A DNA stretch of 63,721 nucleotides, the filler included, from Octopus bimaculoides (lineage: Eukaryota): the NCBI RefSeq assembly GCF_001194135.2. It is 6 parts of 5 records of this genome, joined end to end, with 100 filler letters (N's around TTAATTAATTAA, not from the genome) between each part and the next. Parts side by side here need not be neighbours in the genome. Positions count along the whole stretch, not along the records: positions 1 to 23,310 come from NC_068999.1; 5 more parts are not named here. The stretch is one strand, 5' to 3'. Positions 1 through 12,164 of the stretch are shown piece by piece. The position numbers and the translations under genes are program-made. Below the pieces are notes generated by a model. That model had not been told where the DNA came from. It saw only the letters and a list, made by a program, of their open reading frames with translations, and did no database searches. How positions within the stretch are numbered: the stretch's first letter is position 1; each line of letters begins with the position of its first letter.

Positions 1-937
1 ATATATATATATATATATATAGTCAATTCAAATAAACGAATAAAAACGGACAACATGAGGACGTGCATAAGAAATGTATTAGCTTGATGATCTGAACTAA
101 CTTAGGGGCCATACGGACAACAAAGCCTCAACACCACTGTCCCCTATTCCTTTTACTCGCATCACAGGCCCACGTCCTTTCAACTCTCGCCACTCAGCTT
201 GCCTTCACTCATTCCATCACTTTACCTTTCTCTCCACATTCTTGTGTTAAGCTCTCGGAGTAATTCCTTAAAGTTACAGCTATTTTGCTTCGGTATAAAC
301 AATTTGTTCCATCTATTCAACCCATTCACTTGCACCGGTTGCCAACCTCCATCGCCAGCACTCAGTTTGGCTTTACTCATCATTTAGTTTACACTCCCAT
401 TCTCTCTCAACCTCTCTCTCTCACACTCCACGTGTTATCTTATCTGAGCAACTCCTCAGAGCCGCAGCTATTTACTTCAATAGAACAGCTGCTGACATCT
501 ATTGACAATTTGTTTCACCTATTTATTCGCTCATACCTCCACCACCACCAGACTGCTACCCCACTCACTCTCACTCCACTCCACATACTTCACTCGTGTT
601 ACCTCATCACAGCAGCTCCCCAGAGCCAACGCTATTTACTTCTGTAGAACAGCTGGTGACATCTACCGACACTTTGTGTTTTTCTCACCCCCTCTTCCCC
701 GCCACATTCTTTTCACGCTCACTCCCCCATTTCCCCTTCTTCTTCCTACTCCTCCCTATCCTCTGACCTCCATCTCCCCCTCCCTCTCTCCCTCTCTGTT
801 TAGCCGTCGTCGCACACGTCGTCATTGTTGTTTGCTGTGCAACGCGAACGAACCGAAGCGAATTGAACACTGCTGCTGTTGGACAAGATCTGCATGTAAA
901 TGTTTGTGTATTACCTACAGGCATATCTATACCCGTG

Positions 938-1255
938 TGGAGGCGCAATGGCCCAGTGGTTAGGGCAGCGGACTCGCGGTCATAGGATCGCGGTTTCGAT
1001 TCCTAGACCGGCGTTGTGAGTGTTTATTGAGCGAAAACACCTAAAAAGCTCCACGAGGCTCCGGCAGGGGATGGTGGCGAACCCTGCTGTACTCTTCCAC
1101 CACAACTTCCTCTCACTCTTACTTCCTGTTTCTGTTGTGCCTGTAATTCAAAGGGTCAGCCTTGTCACACTCTGTGCCACGCTGAATATCTCCGAGAACT
1201 ACGTTAAGGGTACACGTATCTGTGGAGTGCTCAACCACACTTGCACGTATTTATG
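938..1255 (+). mobile_element. tRNA-derived SINE (family C)
   Basis: A box TGGCCCAGTGG and B box GTTTCGATTCC, then about 250 bp of non-tRNA body. Confidence 0.8.
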
Positions 1256-1262
1256 TGCATAA

Positions 1263-1481
1263 ACGAGGGGGTGCTGAAAAGTTCCTTGCTTCGGGTGAAA
1301 GAAAATACAGGAGGATCATGAAATTATGATTTTATTCAACATATTACCCATCTAAATTCACACACTTATTGCATCCACCCTTCAGTTTTCTGAGCCCTGT
1401 AAAAGAACTCGGAAGGTTGGGCCTCCAACCAGGCCTTTCGCGACATCTTTAAAGCCATAAACTTTTCAGCACACCCCTTGT
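1263..1481. mobile_element. Mariner-type MITE (about 220 bp)
   Basis: Terminal inverted repeats ACGAGGGGGTGCTGAAAAGTT (1263) and AACTTTTCAGCACACCCCTTGT (ending 1481); no ORF. Confidence 0.75.
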
Positions 1482-1488
1482 GTGCATG

Positions 1489-1530
<42 letters not shown>

Positions 1531-1776
1531 TAGAGCTTTACGTTATAAATTTCTCTCGCTTTCTAGTTGAGACGGTTGACCTTTGACCTCTCATATGCGT
1601 TGTCTTCCACACAACACGTTGCTTGATACGCGGCATGAAAGAATACCAAGGCACAGTTTTCGGTTCTAAGAAATTTAAATGAAATCGGTCGCTGCATAAC
1701 CACACCGTTAACTCATCATACACCTCTCTCCCGCTCTCTGAAGCATGACTGCACGCTTACAACCCGACACTCCGAA

Positions 1777-1799
1777 GCATGCGCGCGCACGCACGCGCG

Positions 1800-1844
<45 letters not shown>

Positions 1845-1868
1845 GCACACACGCACACACACACACAT
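1777..1868. repeat. Alternating purine-pyrimidine (GC/AC)n tract
   Basis: About 92 nt of unbroken alternation. Dozens of other (AT)n, (GT)n, (GA)n, (TATC)n and (AAT)n tracts occur throughout and are not listed individually. Confidence 0.9.
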
Positions 1869-3832
1869 CTCAAGTGCCACTATGGTTTTGGCAGTTTGTT
1901 TACAAACATTTTTGCGAAGTGTGATCTCAATCAGTCGCCAGACATACCAGCTAAACTACTACTATCGGCTCACTACGAGCTAACGAAGCAACTTATGCCA
2001 TGCAATCTCTCGACCTGCTAAACATGGCAGCAAAATTTCCCTCAGCTCCTAGCAGTAAGGCAATGGAATCGGTATATCTGGACATTTCCAAGTCTACTTC
2101 TTTCTGATGATGGGCTTTTGTGCCCGAATTATAAAGTTAATTTTTGTAAAACTTTCTTCATTTTTAAAAGTTTTCTAAATTTCCCTTTTCTGTTTCCAAC
2201 CACAACCATCCTATCTCTTCGTATAGATTGTCCAATGCTGATTGATTGATGGTAACTCTGGTGAATTACTGAGAAACCTTATAATCAAAGATGCTCCGTA
2301 TACGACCGCTCAACCTCTTGTGAATAGCTAGGATTATATGCAGTCCTAGTTTACGAATAGCTTTCCTTTTTAAAGATAGCAGATTGCGTAACAGCGTTGT
2401 AGTTCGCTTGAAGCATTGTAGTACCGAAGAAGAAAAAGAAAAGGGAAAACAAGAAAGTTTCTAACAATGCAGAAAGCGCTGTAAACAATATGCCGACGAT
2501 CTAGCGATTCTGCTAAACTTCTGCACTTGAACTCTAACACATCAGATCTTGCACTCCATACTTTTCAAAATCTTTTTACTCTCCAGGTCTGTAAATTCAG
2601 CTCACTGAAGCTTTTGCCACGCCCAAATTTTGTATACTGCGCCGCGTCCTCACCTAACCATCAATCTTAGCACTCTCACAACCCACTAACACCACAAAGG
2701 GACCAAGAACATTTAAATCGTATCTGTCACGAGTCGAAGGGCTCATAAAGCCGGCGTTTAATCCAGTTTCTGTGGCGTATAAATGACTGAGAATACAACA
2801 TTCCACCCTCCACCCCGAACGGGATGCAAGTCCACCACAAAGTTAACTCTCCAACTGTTGCTGGAACTCATTTACAGTTGGATGGACTGAAACAATGCGA
2901 AAGAAAGTGTTTTGTTTTGCTTAACAACACAACACAACCCCGCCTAGTCCGAGAATCGAAACTACTACCTTACGATCGCAAATGCAATACATTAACCACC
3001 AGGCCACACACCTTACCTCTTTGAAACCCATTTGAGTAAATAGACACCGTCTGCTTTTTATCTTTTACTCGTTTCAGTCAATGGATTGCGGCCATACTGG
3101 GGCACAACCTTGAAGAGATATATTGCATTTTATGCATAGTAATCAGAGTAACCTTCATAATTTTATTGAATTAGGGGCATATTTTGCCATAAAAGGAAAA
3201 TATTACTATCGATCTATTTTATTCAGGGAAGGCACTACCTACCTTGCCTACCTAGGCAGCACGCCCCTGGTCCCGACCCTTCAGTGGGTCGCGGCAAAAT
3301 GTTTAAAAATCGCTGCTCTAGAGGTCTCTTTTAATTGGCTTAGTTAGGTAATACCTATGTTTATTTGTGTACAGACTCAAATGTAATGTCGGAGTTCAAA
3401 TCCAGGGTAAGTACTTAGATCAGTGTTTCAAAGAAGAAACAATTCTGCTTTGTTTTCGTTTAGTTAGTTTTGGGGGACATTCCTTTTTCTCTTTGAAGTG
3501 TGAGAAGGCGATGCAATGTCCCCACTCCATGTCGGTTCTCCCATGTAACTGAAGCAGATGCAATCGATATTTAGTTTGAGATTTTAAATGTCTGCGAGGG
3601 ACTTTCAAAACAGAGAAATCCTGAAGAGGAAACAAAAAAAAAAAAAAAAAAAAATCTAAAGAATAAAAATAAAGAAAATAAAATGAACGTAACTGGTACT
3701 TATTTCAACGTATCAGAAAAAATGAAAGGCAAAGTCAACCTCAGCGGAATTTGAACTCAGAACGTAACGGCAGACGAAATACCTCTAAGCATTTCGCCCA
3801 GCGTGCTAACCATTCGGCCAGCTCGCTGCTCC

Positions 3833-3866
<34 letters not shown>

Positions 3867-4339
3867 TCTACAATAGGTACAAGGCCTGGAATTATGGGGG
3901 AGGGGGGCTAGTCGGTTGCATCGACCCCAGTGTTTCACTGGTACTTAATTTATCGACCCCGGAAAGGATGAAAGGCAAAGTCGACCACAGCGGAATTTGA
4001 ACTCCGAACGTAAATATTCAATAGTAGTAATAATTTCGTATTTAAGCACAAACGCTAGATATTTGGAGTGAGGGTTAGCGCCGATTGAATATTAACTATG
4101 GGTTTCCCACCAGAGAATTGGGGTCCGCCGCTATTTTTATTCTTAAAGCAAACCGTTTTACAAGAAGCAGAATTCCGTAATCATTTCTGGTGAGAAGTAG
4201 TGGTGTGTAAGTGTGTGTGTGAGGGCAACAATGTGTGTATGCACAGCAGTAAGTTTACGTGAGATGTCAATGACATCTTTAAAAACATTCAATGAGTTTT
4301 GTGTTACCCGATGCTGTGATGTTATCGTATCTACTGGAG

Positions 4340-4752
4340 GGCGGCGACCTGGTAGAATCGTTAGCACGCCGGGCGAAATGCTTAGCGGTATTTCGTCTGC
4401 CGTTACGTTCTGAGTTCAAATTCCGCCGAGGTCGACTTTGCCTTTCATCCTTTCGGGGTCGATAAATTAAGTACCAGTTACGCACTGGGGTCGATGCAAT
4501 CGACTTAATCCGTTCGTCTGTTCTTGTTTGTTCCCTCTATGTTTAGCCCCTTGTGGGCAATAACGAAATAGGTATTTCTTCTGCCGTTACGTTCTGAGTT
4601 CAAATTCCACCAAGGTCGACTTTGCCTTTCATCCTATCGAGGTCGATTAAATAAGTACCAGTTACGCACTGGAGTCGATGTAATTGACTTAATCCCTTTG
4701 TCTGTCCTTGTTTGCCCCCTCTATGTTTAGCCCCTTGTGAGCAATAAAGAAA
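4340..4752 (+). mobile_element. tRNA-derived SINE family B: full copy 4340-4570 plus tandem 5'-truncated copy 4571-4752
   Basis: CTGGTAGAATCGTTAGC A box; GAGTTCAAATTCC B box; central GCCTTTCATCCTTTCGGGGTCGATAAATTAAGTACCAG domain (Meta-like, from memory). Further partial copies at about 3691-3829, 3866-4012, 10090-10245, 26680-26840, 27760-28040, 42225-42360, 53790-53950 and 57000-57120 (minus) and 36590-36690, 54020-54130 and 54215-54420 (plus). Confidence 0.85.
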
Positions 4753-4770
4753 TTACTATTGTATCTACTG

Positions 4771-5020
4771 GTATGGCTGTGTGGTAACAAGTTTGTTTCC
4801 AAACTACATGGTTCTGGGTTCAGTTCAACTGCGTGATACCTTGGGCAAGTGTCTTCTACTATAACCTCGAGCCGACCAGAACCTTGTGAGTGGATTTGGT
4901 AGACGAAAACTGAATATATGCGTGTTTGTTTTTATCCCCACGCCATTTGATAACCAGTGTTGGTTTTTTTACGTCCAAGTAACGTAGCGGTTTGGTGAAA
5001 GTTACCGATAGAATAAGAAC
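4771..5020 (+). mobile_element. SINE family A, 5' part
   Basis: Aligns by eye to 8946-9250. Confidence 0.75.
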
Positions 5021-5660
5021 CAGATTTGCTCGACTAATTTGGTTCGTATTGTTTAGAAATTAAATTTGTTTGAGATTTTGGCGGATTGCAGCTTTCTGCT
5101 CCAAATGACAGTACAAAAGAACCCCACCCACATTCAGGTGGGGAGGAACAGAATTTTACATAATTATATGTGATGTACATTAATTTTAACGGTGGAACCC
5201 GAAGTAGATAAAGCTATAAAATATAGCGTGTAGAATATTGGGCGAAAAATCCATTTGGATACCCCCCAAAAGAGAAAGAAGTCGGATGCTTTCCCTTCTG
5301 TTTTTCGTGGTTAGGGGAATGAACGCAAGATCAGGCAGTATAAATAGGAACTATGCCGCTGACCAGTTGTGTAGAAGTCAAGAATAAAAGCACATCTAAA
5401 ATAGAATTTGATACTTCTATATAGTCGAGTGGACAAACGAAAGAATGTGGCATTCGACACATTTGATACGAGTTACATTTATCATTAAATAACAGTTAGA
5501 TTTGGCTCCATGCGACTTAATTTCGTAGACTCGTAGATCGAACCTACGAAGCTAAGTTGCAAAGAACTGAGTCAAAACGTTATCAAAGAATACATAGCAC
5601 CAACAGTTAAAACACGAAAGCCCCAAAACCACAAACGGAACAAAAATATTATTTGCTTAC

Positions 5661-6000
5661 CGATGTTAACAAGTTTAACTTTGTCTTTCCGAATGGCATC
5701 CAATGCTATAGATAAGTTTTCCAGGTATTGATGTTGGTTAAGAGGATTCTTACAGATTTTTCGTCCAATAGGTTTCGATTGTAAGGCTTCCACAAGAGCA
5801 ATAAGTTTGATTCCATTGGCTAATCCCGTTTCCAAATCGGAGACTGCACTTTCGTCCGGCAACTGTTCATTCACCCAATTTTTGAACGTTGTGTTTTGTA
5901 TTTCGATCCATCGTAAGTCGTCCGGTCCGGTACGTTTCATAGACATAGCCGCATGGCCTTCCAACGTCCGCACATTTTGACCAATGCTGGATTCGGCCAT
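5661..6000 (-). CDS. FLN (jbug-like): Filamin (probably jitterbug-class) first coding exon: N-terminus plus calponin-homology domain 1; partial gene, downstream exons lie beyond the window start
   Basis: ATG at 6000 in AAAATGG context. Translation MAESSIGQNVRTLEGHAAMSMK...WIEIQNTTFKNWVNEQL...DLETGLANGIKLIALVEALQ...NQHQYLENLSIALDAIRKDKVKLVNI-G matches filamin CH1 (W..IQ..TF..W.NE.L; KL.AL.E.L; LEN..AL; KLV.I). Strong donor G|GTAAGC at 5660-5659; 340 nt = 113 codons + 1 (phase 1). The EGHAA, NQH.YLEN and KLVNIG motifs recall Drosophila jitterbug from memory, so the subfamily call is less certain than the family call. Confidence 0.93.
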
Positions 6001-6069
6001 TTTGTTGCTGTTATTACTGTTGTGTTTTTTTTTCTTTTATACAATAATAATAATATTATTAATAATTTT
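6001..6069 (-). other. Probable 5' UTR portion of the filamin ATG exon
   Basis: Pyrimidine tract plus AG on the minus strand (CTCCCTTTTCTTGTGTCTATGTAG|) ending at 6070, 69 nt upstream of the ATG. Confidence 0.4.
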
Positions 6070-7492
6070 CTACATAGACACAAGAAAAGGGAGCAGTCGC
6101 GTTTGAGGACTTGTTTGAAATTATTTTCTTTACTCCGGAAGAATTTAAGAAAGTAAACTTTACAACAATATGGTTGATAAATAAATGGAAAAATTCTCGC
6201 TAAACAGCGAAAAAAAACTAAAACCAGAAAAAACTTGAAATATTTTGTAGGTGTTTACAACTTAATCCTGTTTAAATGGGCTTGTTTTCCTCTGTTTTTA
6301 GAACATTATTTTAGACGTTACAAGAAATGAATGGTGGGGAGGAAGAAAGAAGTAGAATAGGAAAGATAGGATGTCGTAATGTTCATGCCACTCCCGAGAA
6401 GACCAATACTGTGGAGTAAAGAAGTTTTAAGCGGTCTATTTAGTTTAAACAAGAATCAAAATAACTAGTATCGAGTGTTGCGAACTCAGCTGATTTGAGG
6501 GGGAGTGTGAGTGAGAGGGTAAAGGAGAGCATAAGAGGAAGTAAGAGGGGTGAAAGAGAGGATGAGTCGAAGTGAGAGGCTGAAGGTGAGCGTGAGGAGA
6601 AGTGTGAGAGTACGGGTGGAAGTGAGAGTGTTAAGTTCAACAGCAGGTCTCTCATTCGCTCTCGTTAGGTATTGAAATAGCTTTTCCTTTTCTTCCTTTT
6701 CTTATTTAAATTATATATTTATAAATAAAGTTACCTTTTTTTTTGTATCAAATAGTAACGAGACAAGCACCAGGTGTCAACGTTTGGCGGAAGAGAAACG
6801 GAATGTTACGACGCCCATGTATTTGTGTGTTTTTTTCTTTTCAAGGGTTATTTACAATGTGAATGAAAACGAACGATCACCCACACTATAAACAAAAAAT
6901 TAGTAGGGGTTTGCAATCAGTTGATTAAGCTCCGAAATGGAAAGGGCTTATCTTTTTGTTTTGCAGATCATTCTCAGCTCCGTAAGTGAGAAGAAAAGAG
7001 AGAAGGTATTAAAGCAAGAACGAAAGAAAAAAAAGAAAGAGATGAGAGACAATATGGAAGAGACAAAACTCACTTTTTGCTCCCATTTTAACCTTTCTCA
7101 CTTCTCCCCACTTTTATCTCCCTTAGTTAAAATATAATCCGAGATCCGTAAGATTGTTTACAGCCTGTTGCTAATCTTTTGTACTTTTCGTTGTTTCAGC
7201 CAGTTCTTTTTATTATTATCATTTTTTAAATTATTATTATTCTTTGTTGTTGTCCTACAAGTTTTCAAACTGTTGCTCATAATGGTTTCGCTGTTGCAGT
7301 TGTCTTTATGGTTAATAATTGCATTTTTTTTTTTGCTGATGTTGCTGCCGTTTATTCTTGCTTTGGTAGCTAGTGTTACCGCTGCTGTCGTAGTTTCGAT
7401 ACAAAGTGGAGTTACAAACCCTTTTCCGTCATTTTTTTGTTTGTTTTCGGAGCGTGGAAATCAAACAACACTCTGGTACACGCATGCAAATT

Positions 7493-7529
<37 letters not shown>

Positions 7530-8333
7530 TATATATTACCGGCGAAAGACTTTTCACTGTTTGTATTCCTGTCTCATGTTATGGCCATACATATTTCGTT
7601 AGTGTTGTCATGCTTAAAGTTACAGTTTTCTTATAGCCTTTTAAAAATTCAATTAAACCTTGGGAGAGGCATTATGCCGGTAATAAACACACGCACTGGT
7701 TCAGTCCTTTATTAATTTATATAGTTTTTTGTTAAATTATTTCATTGTTTCTTGTTGTTTATTGCCGACGATATTGTTTTTTAAAATCTTCTCTCATTTA
7801 TCTGTAAACTTTAGAAATTTAACCGCTTTTCTAGTTTCACCGTAATGTTCTCTTCCATTTGTGCACGAGGACATACTTATGTAAGTGTGTGTGTTTGTGT
7901 ACCTTAGAAGAATTACAAAAGCAATACCTCTGACCATATTTTCTTTCTTTTTTCTTTAATTCTTTTCCCTTATCTTTCCTATATCATTTCTGAGATTTCT
8001 TATCAGCTTGGCCTTCTCACGATTCGTCCTGTCTTTCTATCTGTCTGCCTGTCTCTCTCTTTTTTCACCTGGCTGTTCAGGTATGGTGTCTCTTTCTTTC
8101 TCATTATCTATCTATAAATCTGCCTATTTCTCCTTTCTTCTCATCTCTTTCTCTCTCTCTCTCACTCACTCACCTGTCCAGCTAGACTCTGTCATTTCAC
8201 CTGGTTTACACCCCAACCTCTTTCTCTCCCTCGAACTGGTTGTTAAGGTATTATGGCTCTCTCCCTCTCTTTCTTACCTATCTATCTATCTATCTATCTG
8301 TCAATCTATCTATCTCTTTCTCCTTGTCTATCG

Positions 8334-8371
<38 letters not shown>

Positions 8372-8385
8372 CACTCTCTATCTGT

Positions 8386-8433
<48 letters not shown>

Positions 8434-8752
8434 TGTCCAGCTATAATCTTTCTTCTCACATGGCTTCCATCTCGCTCCCATTTACCTTGCTGTTCAGGTA
8501 TGATCTCTCTCTCACCTTGTCTCACGTCTCATCTAAGCTACCCCCACCGCCTGCTTTTCTTTTTTTTTCTTTACTTCCTCCTCTCTTCGTTTCTTTCTAC
8601 AATATTTTCTTTTCTTTCTTTCCTTTTTTGTTCAGTATTTGTTTCTTTCTCTCGTGTTTGTCAAAATAGACTCGCACAGAAAAGCGTATCTGTGTGTGTT
8701 TGTGTATATTTCAACAATTGATTTGCGTGTGTACTTAGTGTTGTTTATATTG

Positions 8753-8786
<34 letters not shown>

Positions 8787-8945
8787 TCATATTTAAATTA
8801 GAATGTGTTTACATATATCTAAGTAAGCGAAGTTGTGTGCGAGTGCACGAATGTATGTGAATGTATATTTATAAATATTGTAATAAACGAATGAGGAGGA
8901 ATAGTGGGAGAGGGAGTGGCAGGAAGACATAGAAGGGGGAGGGAG

Positions 8946-9350
8946 TGGCTGTGTGGTAAGTAGCTGCTTACCAACCACATGGTGCCGGGTTCAGTCCCAC
9001 TGCGTGGCACCTTGGGCAAGTGTCTTCTACTATAGCCTCGGGCCGACCAAAGCCTTGTGAGTGGATTTGGTAGACTGAAACTGAAAGAAGCCCGTCGTAT
9101 ATATGTATATATATATATATATGTGTGTATATATGTATGTGTGTTTGTGTGTCTGTGTTTGTCCCTCCACCATCACTTGACAACCGATGCTGGTGTGTTT
9201 ACGTCCCCGTAACTTAGCGGTTCGGCAAAAAAAAAGCGATCGATAGAATAAGTACTGTGCTTACAAAGAATAAGTCCTGGGGTCGATTTGCTCGAGGAAA
9301 GGCGGTGCTCTAGCATGGCCGCAGTCAAATGACTGAAACAAGTAAAAGAG
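8946..9350 (+). mobile_element. tRNA-derived CORE-like SINE family A, best-preserved copy
   Basis: TGGCTGTGTGG A box; GGGTTCAGTCCC B box; CORE-like CACCTTGGGCAAGT; internal (TA/TG)n; 3' end CATGGCCGCAGTCAAATGACTGAAACAAGTAAAAG. Confidence 0.88.
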
Positions 9351-9416
9351 TAAAATAAAATAGTGAAATAAACGAGGGGGAAGAAAAGGGGGAGTAAGAG
9401 GAGTGAGAAGAGAGAA

Positions 9417-9451
<35 letters not shown>

Positions 9452-11135
9452 GAGAGAGAGATACCTACACAAAGAAAAAGAGATTGTAAGGTGATTATGA
9501 AAAAGAAGGTGAAAAGCATCATGAAAAGAGAGAGAGAGAGAGAGAGAGAGATGGGTGGGGGGAAAGTTAGAAAGAGGGGGAGGAAGAGGAAAGTTTTAAA
9601 ACTGTTGATGTGTTTGATTGTCTCTGTTGAAGTTTAACTTCAGGTCAACTCTCATAGAACTGATATATGGATGGCTTATGGAATTCCAACCGTGACCATC
9701 ACAGCTTTTTTTTTATATGGAGGTAATACACACACATATGAAAATTATTCAATATGTCTGTGCAGAGTGGATTTGAGGGAGAATTTTGTTGCTATTTCAA
9801 GGAGATCGAGCGACCACATAGTAAGGCAGTGTGTGTGTGTGTGTGTGGTGCCACTTTGGGTAATTGTCTTCTGTAGTCCTAAACTGACCAATTCTTTGCT
9901 AGGCAGAAACTGTATGGAAGCCCGTTGTGAATGTACACACACACTCGCACATATATACACACACGTCTTAGTGTGTGCGTTATTCTGTTTGTCACCCGCC
10001 CCCGCTTGGCAATCGATGCTAGTTTGTTTACGTTCCCGTGACTTGATGGTTCGGCAAATAAGACCATTAGAATACGTCCCAAACTTGAAAATCAAAAATG
10101 TACAGGGTCGATTTGGTAGACTAAATCCTTTCGGCGCTTTACTAGAACTGAAGTCGACCTCGGCGGAATTTGAACTCAGAACACGAAGACGGACGAAACG
10201 CAGATAAGCATTTTGCCCAACGTGCTAACCATTCTGCCAGCTCGATGTACGTACACGCACACGTATATATGTACCTATCTATCTCTCTATGTATGTGCGT
10301 ATATATATATATATNNNNNNNNNNNNNNNNNNNNNNNNNNNNNNNNNNNNNNNNNNNNNNNNNNNNNNNNNNNNNNNNNNNNNNNNNNNNNNNNNNNNNN
10401 NNNNNNNNNNNNNNNNNNNNNNNNNNNNNNNNNNNNNNNNNNNNNNNNNNNNNNNNNNNNNNNNNNNNNNNNNNNNNNNNNNNNNNNNNNNNNNNNNNNN
10501 NNNNNNNNNNNNNNNNNNNNNNNNNNNNNNNNNNNNNNNNNNNNNNNNNNNNNNNNNNNNNNNNNNNNNNNNNNNNNNNNNNNNNNNNNNNNNNNNNNNN
10601 NNNNNNNNNNNNNNNNNNNNNNNNNNNNNNNNNNNNNNNNNNNNNNNNNNNNNNNNNNNNNNNNNNNNNNNNNNNNNNNNNNNNNNNNNNNNNNNNNNNN
10701 NNNNNNNNNNNNNNNNNNGCATCCAGACAGTTAGGTGATACAAGGAGGGGACAAAACATCCAGATAGACGATACAAGGAAACAAGGACAGGTCATTCGGA
10801 GTTTTCTTTCTTCAGTCGAGATCCAGATTATCCTTGCAATTTCGGATGGTTATTCTCGATGCTCTGTTCGTTCGCCCGTTATACATCGGTTATTTAGAGA
10901 GGTGGAGTGAAGAAAGAAGAGGAGTTGTGAAAGGTGATTAATATTAATATACTTCGGCCAAATGGTCATGTGGTCAGCTGAAGGGTGGGCGAAGAACGAG
11001 AGAAAAAGACGAGAGAAAAAGAGGGAGAGAGGAGTGTCAAAGGCATGCGGTGGGGTGGGGAAGGAATACTTATTACGTGGTTAAAAAGTGTGCTGATGGA
11101 AAGATAGAGAGAGATGGAGAAGGGAGGCATTTATT

Positions 11136-11168
<33 letters not shown>

Positions 11169-12132
11169 GTGGCGGTGGTGTGTTGTTTTTTTATTGAACA
11201 AATTTTTTTTATAGCGATTATCGCTTAAAACATGCATATAAGTTCAATTATTTATCGTCTGCTCGCTTAAAAAAAAAATGATATTTGTTTATAAAGGTTG
11301 ATTTAGCCTAAGCACTGGATTCACAAGAAATACGGTTGTAAGCTGCCCGAGAAAGGATGGTGCAGATGTAGAGCATGGCTCAGAGAAGAATAGCGAGAAA
11401 ATATAATAAAAAGAGGGAGATGTGAGGAAATGAACGTGGAAGAACGTCAAGAATATTTNNNNNNNNNNNNNNNNNNNNNNNNNNNNNNNNNNNNNNNNNN
11501 NNNNNNNNNNNNNNNNNNNNNNNNNNNNNNNNNNNNNNNNNNNNNNNNNNNNNNNNNNNNNNNNNNNNNNNNNNNNNNNNNNNNNNNNNNNNNNNNNNNN
11601 NNNNNNNNNNNNNNNNNNNNNNNNNNNNNNNNNNNNNNNNNNNNNNNNNNNNNNNNNNNNNNNNNNNNNNNNNNNNNNNNNNNNNNNNNNNNNNNNNNNN
11701 NNNNNNNNNNNNNNNNNNNNNNNNNNNNNNNNNNNNNNNNNNNNNNNNNNNNNNNNNNNNNNNNNNNNNNNNNNNNNNNNNNNNNNNNNNNNNNNNNNNN
11801 NNNNNNNNNNNNNNNNNNNNNNNNNNNNNNNNNNNNNNNNNNNNNNNNNNNNNNNNNNNNNNNNNNNNNNNNNNNNNNNNNNNNNNNNNNNNNNNNNNNN
11901 NNNNNNNNNNNNNNNNNNNNNNNNNNNNNNNNNNNNNNNNNNNNNNNNNNNNNNNNNNNNNNNNNNNNNNNNNNNNNNNNNNNNNNNNNNNNNNNNNNNN
12001 NNNNNNNNNNNNNNNNNNNNNNNNNNNNNNNNNNNNACTATGCTTATAAAGAATAAATCCTGGGGTCTATTTGTTCGACTAAAGGCGGTGCTCCAGCATG
12101 GCCGCAGATAAATGACCGAAACAAGTGAAAGA

Positions 12133-12164
<32 letters not shown>

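Noticed and set aside
938-1010. tRNA-like heads with A and B boxes here and at 4340, 8946 and 17250
   Set aside because: Each continues into a repeated SINE body and lacks a complete cloverleaf, so they are SINEs and not tRNA genes.
8008-8721. 237-aa ORF and the many similar LSLS, YIYI, THTH and VCVC ORFs across the window
   Set aside because: They are translations of (CT)n, (TATC)n, (AT)n and (CA)n microsatellites, with no domain content or splice support.
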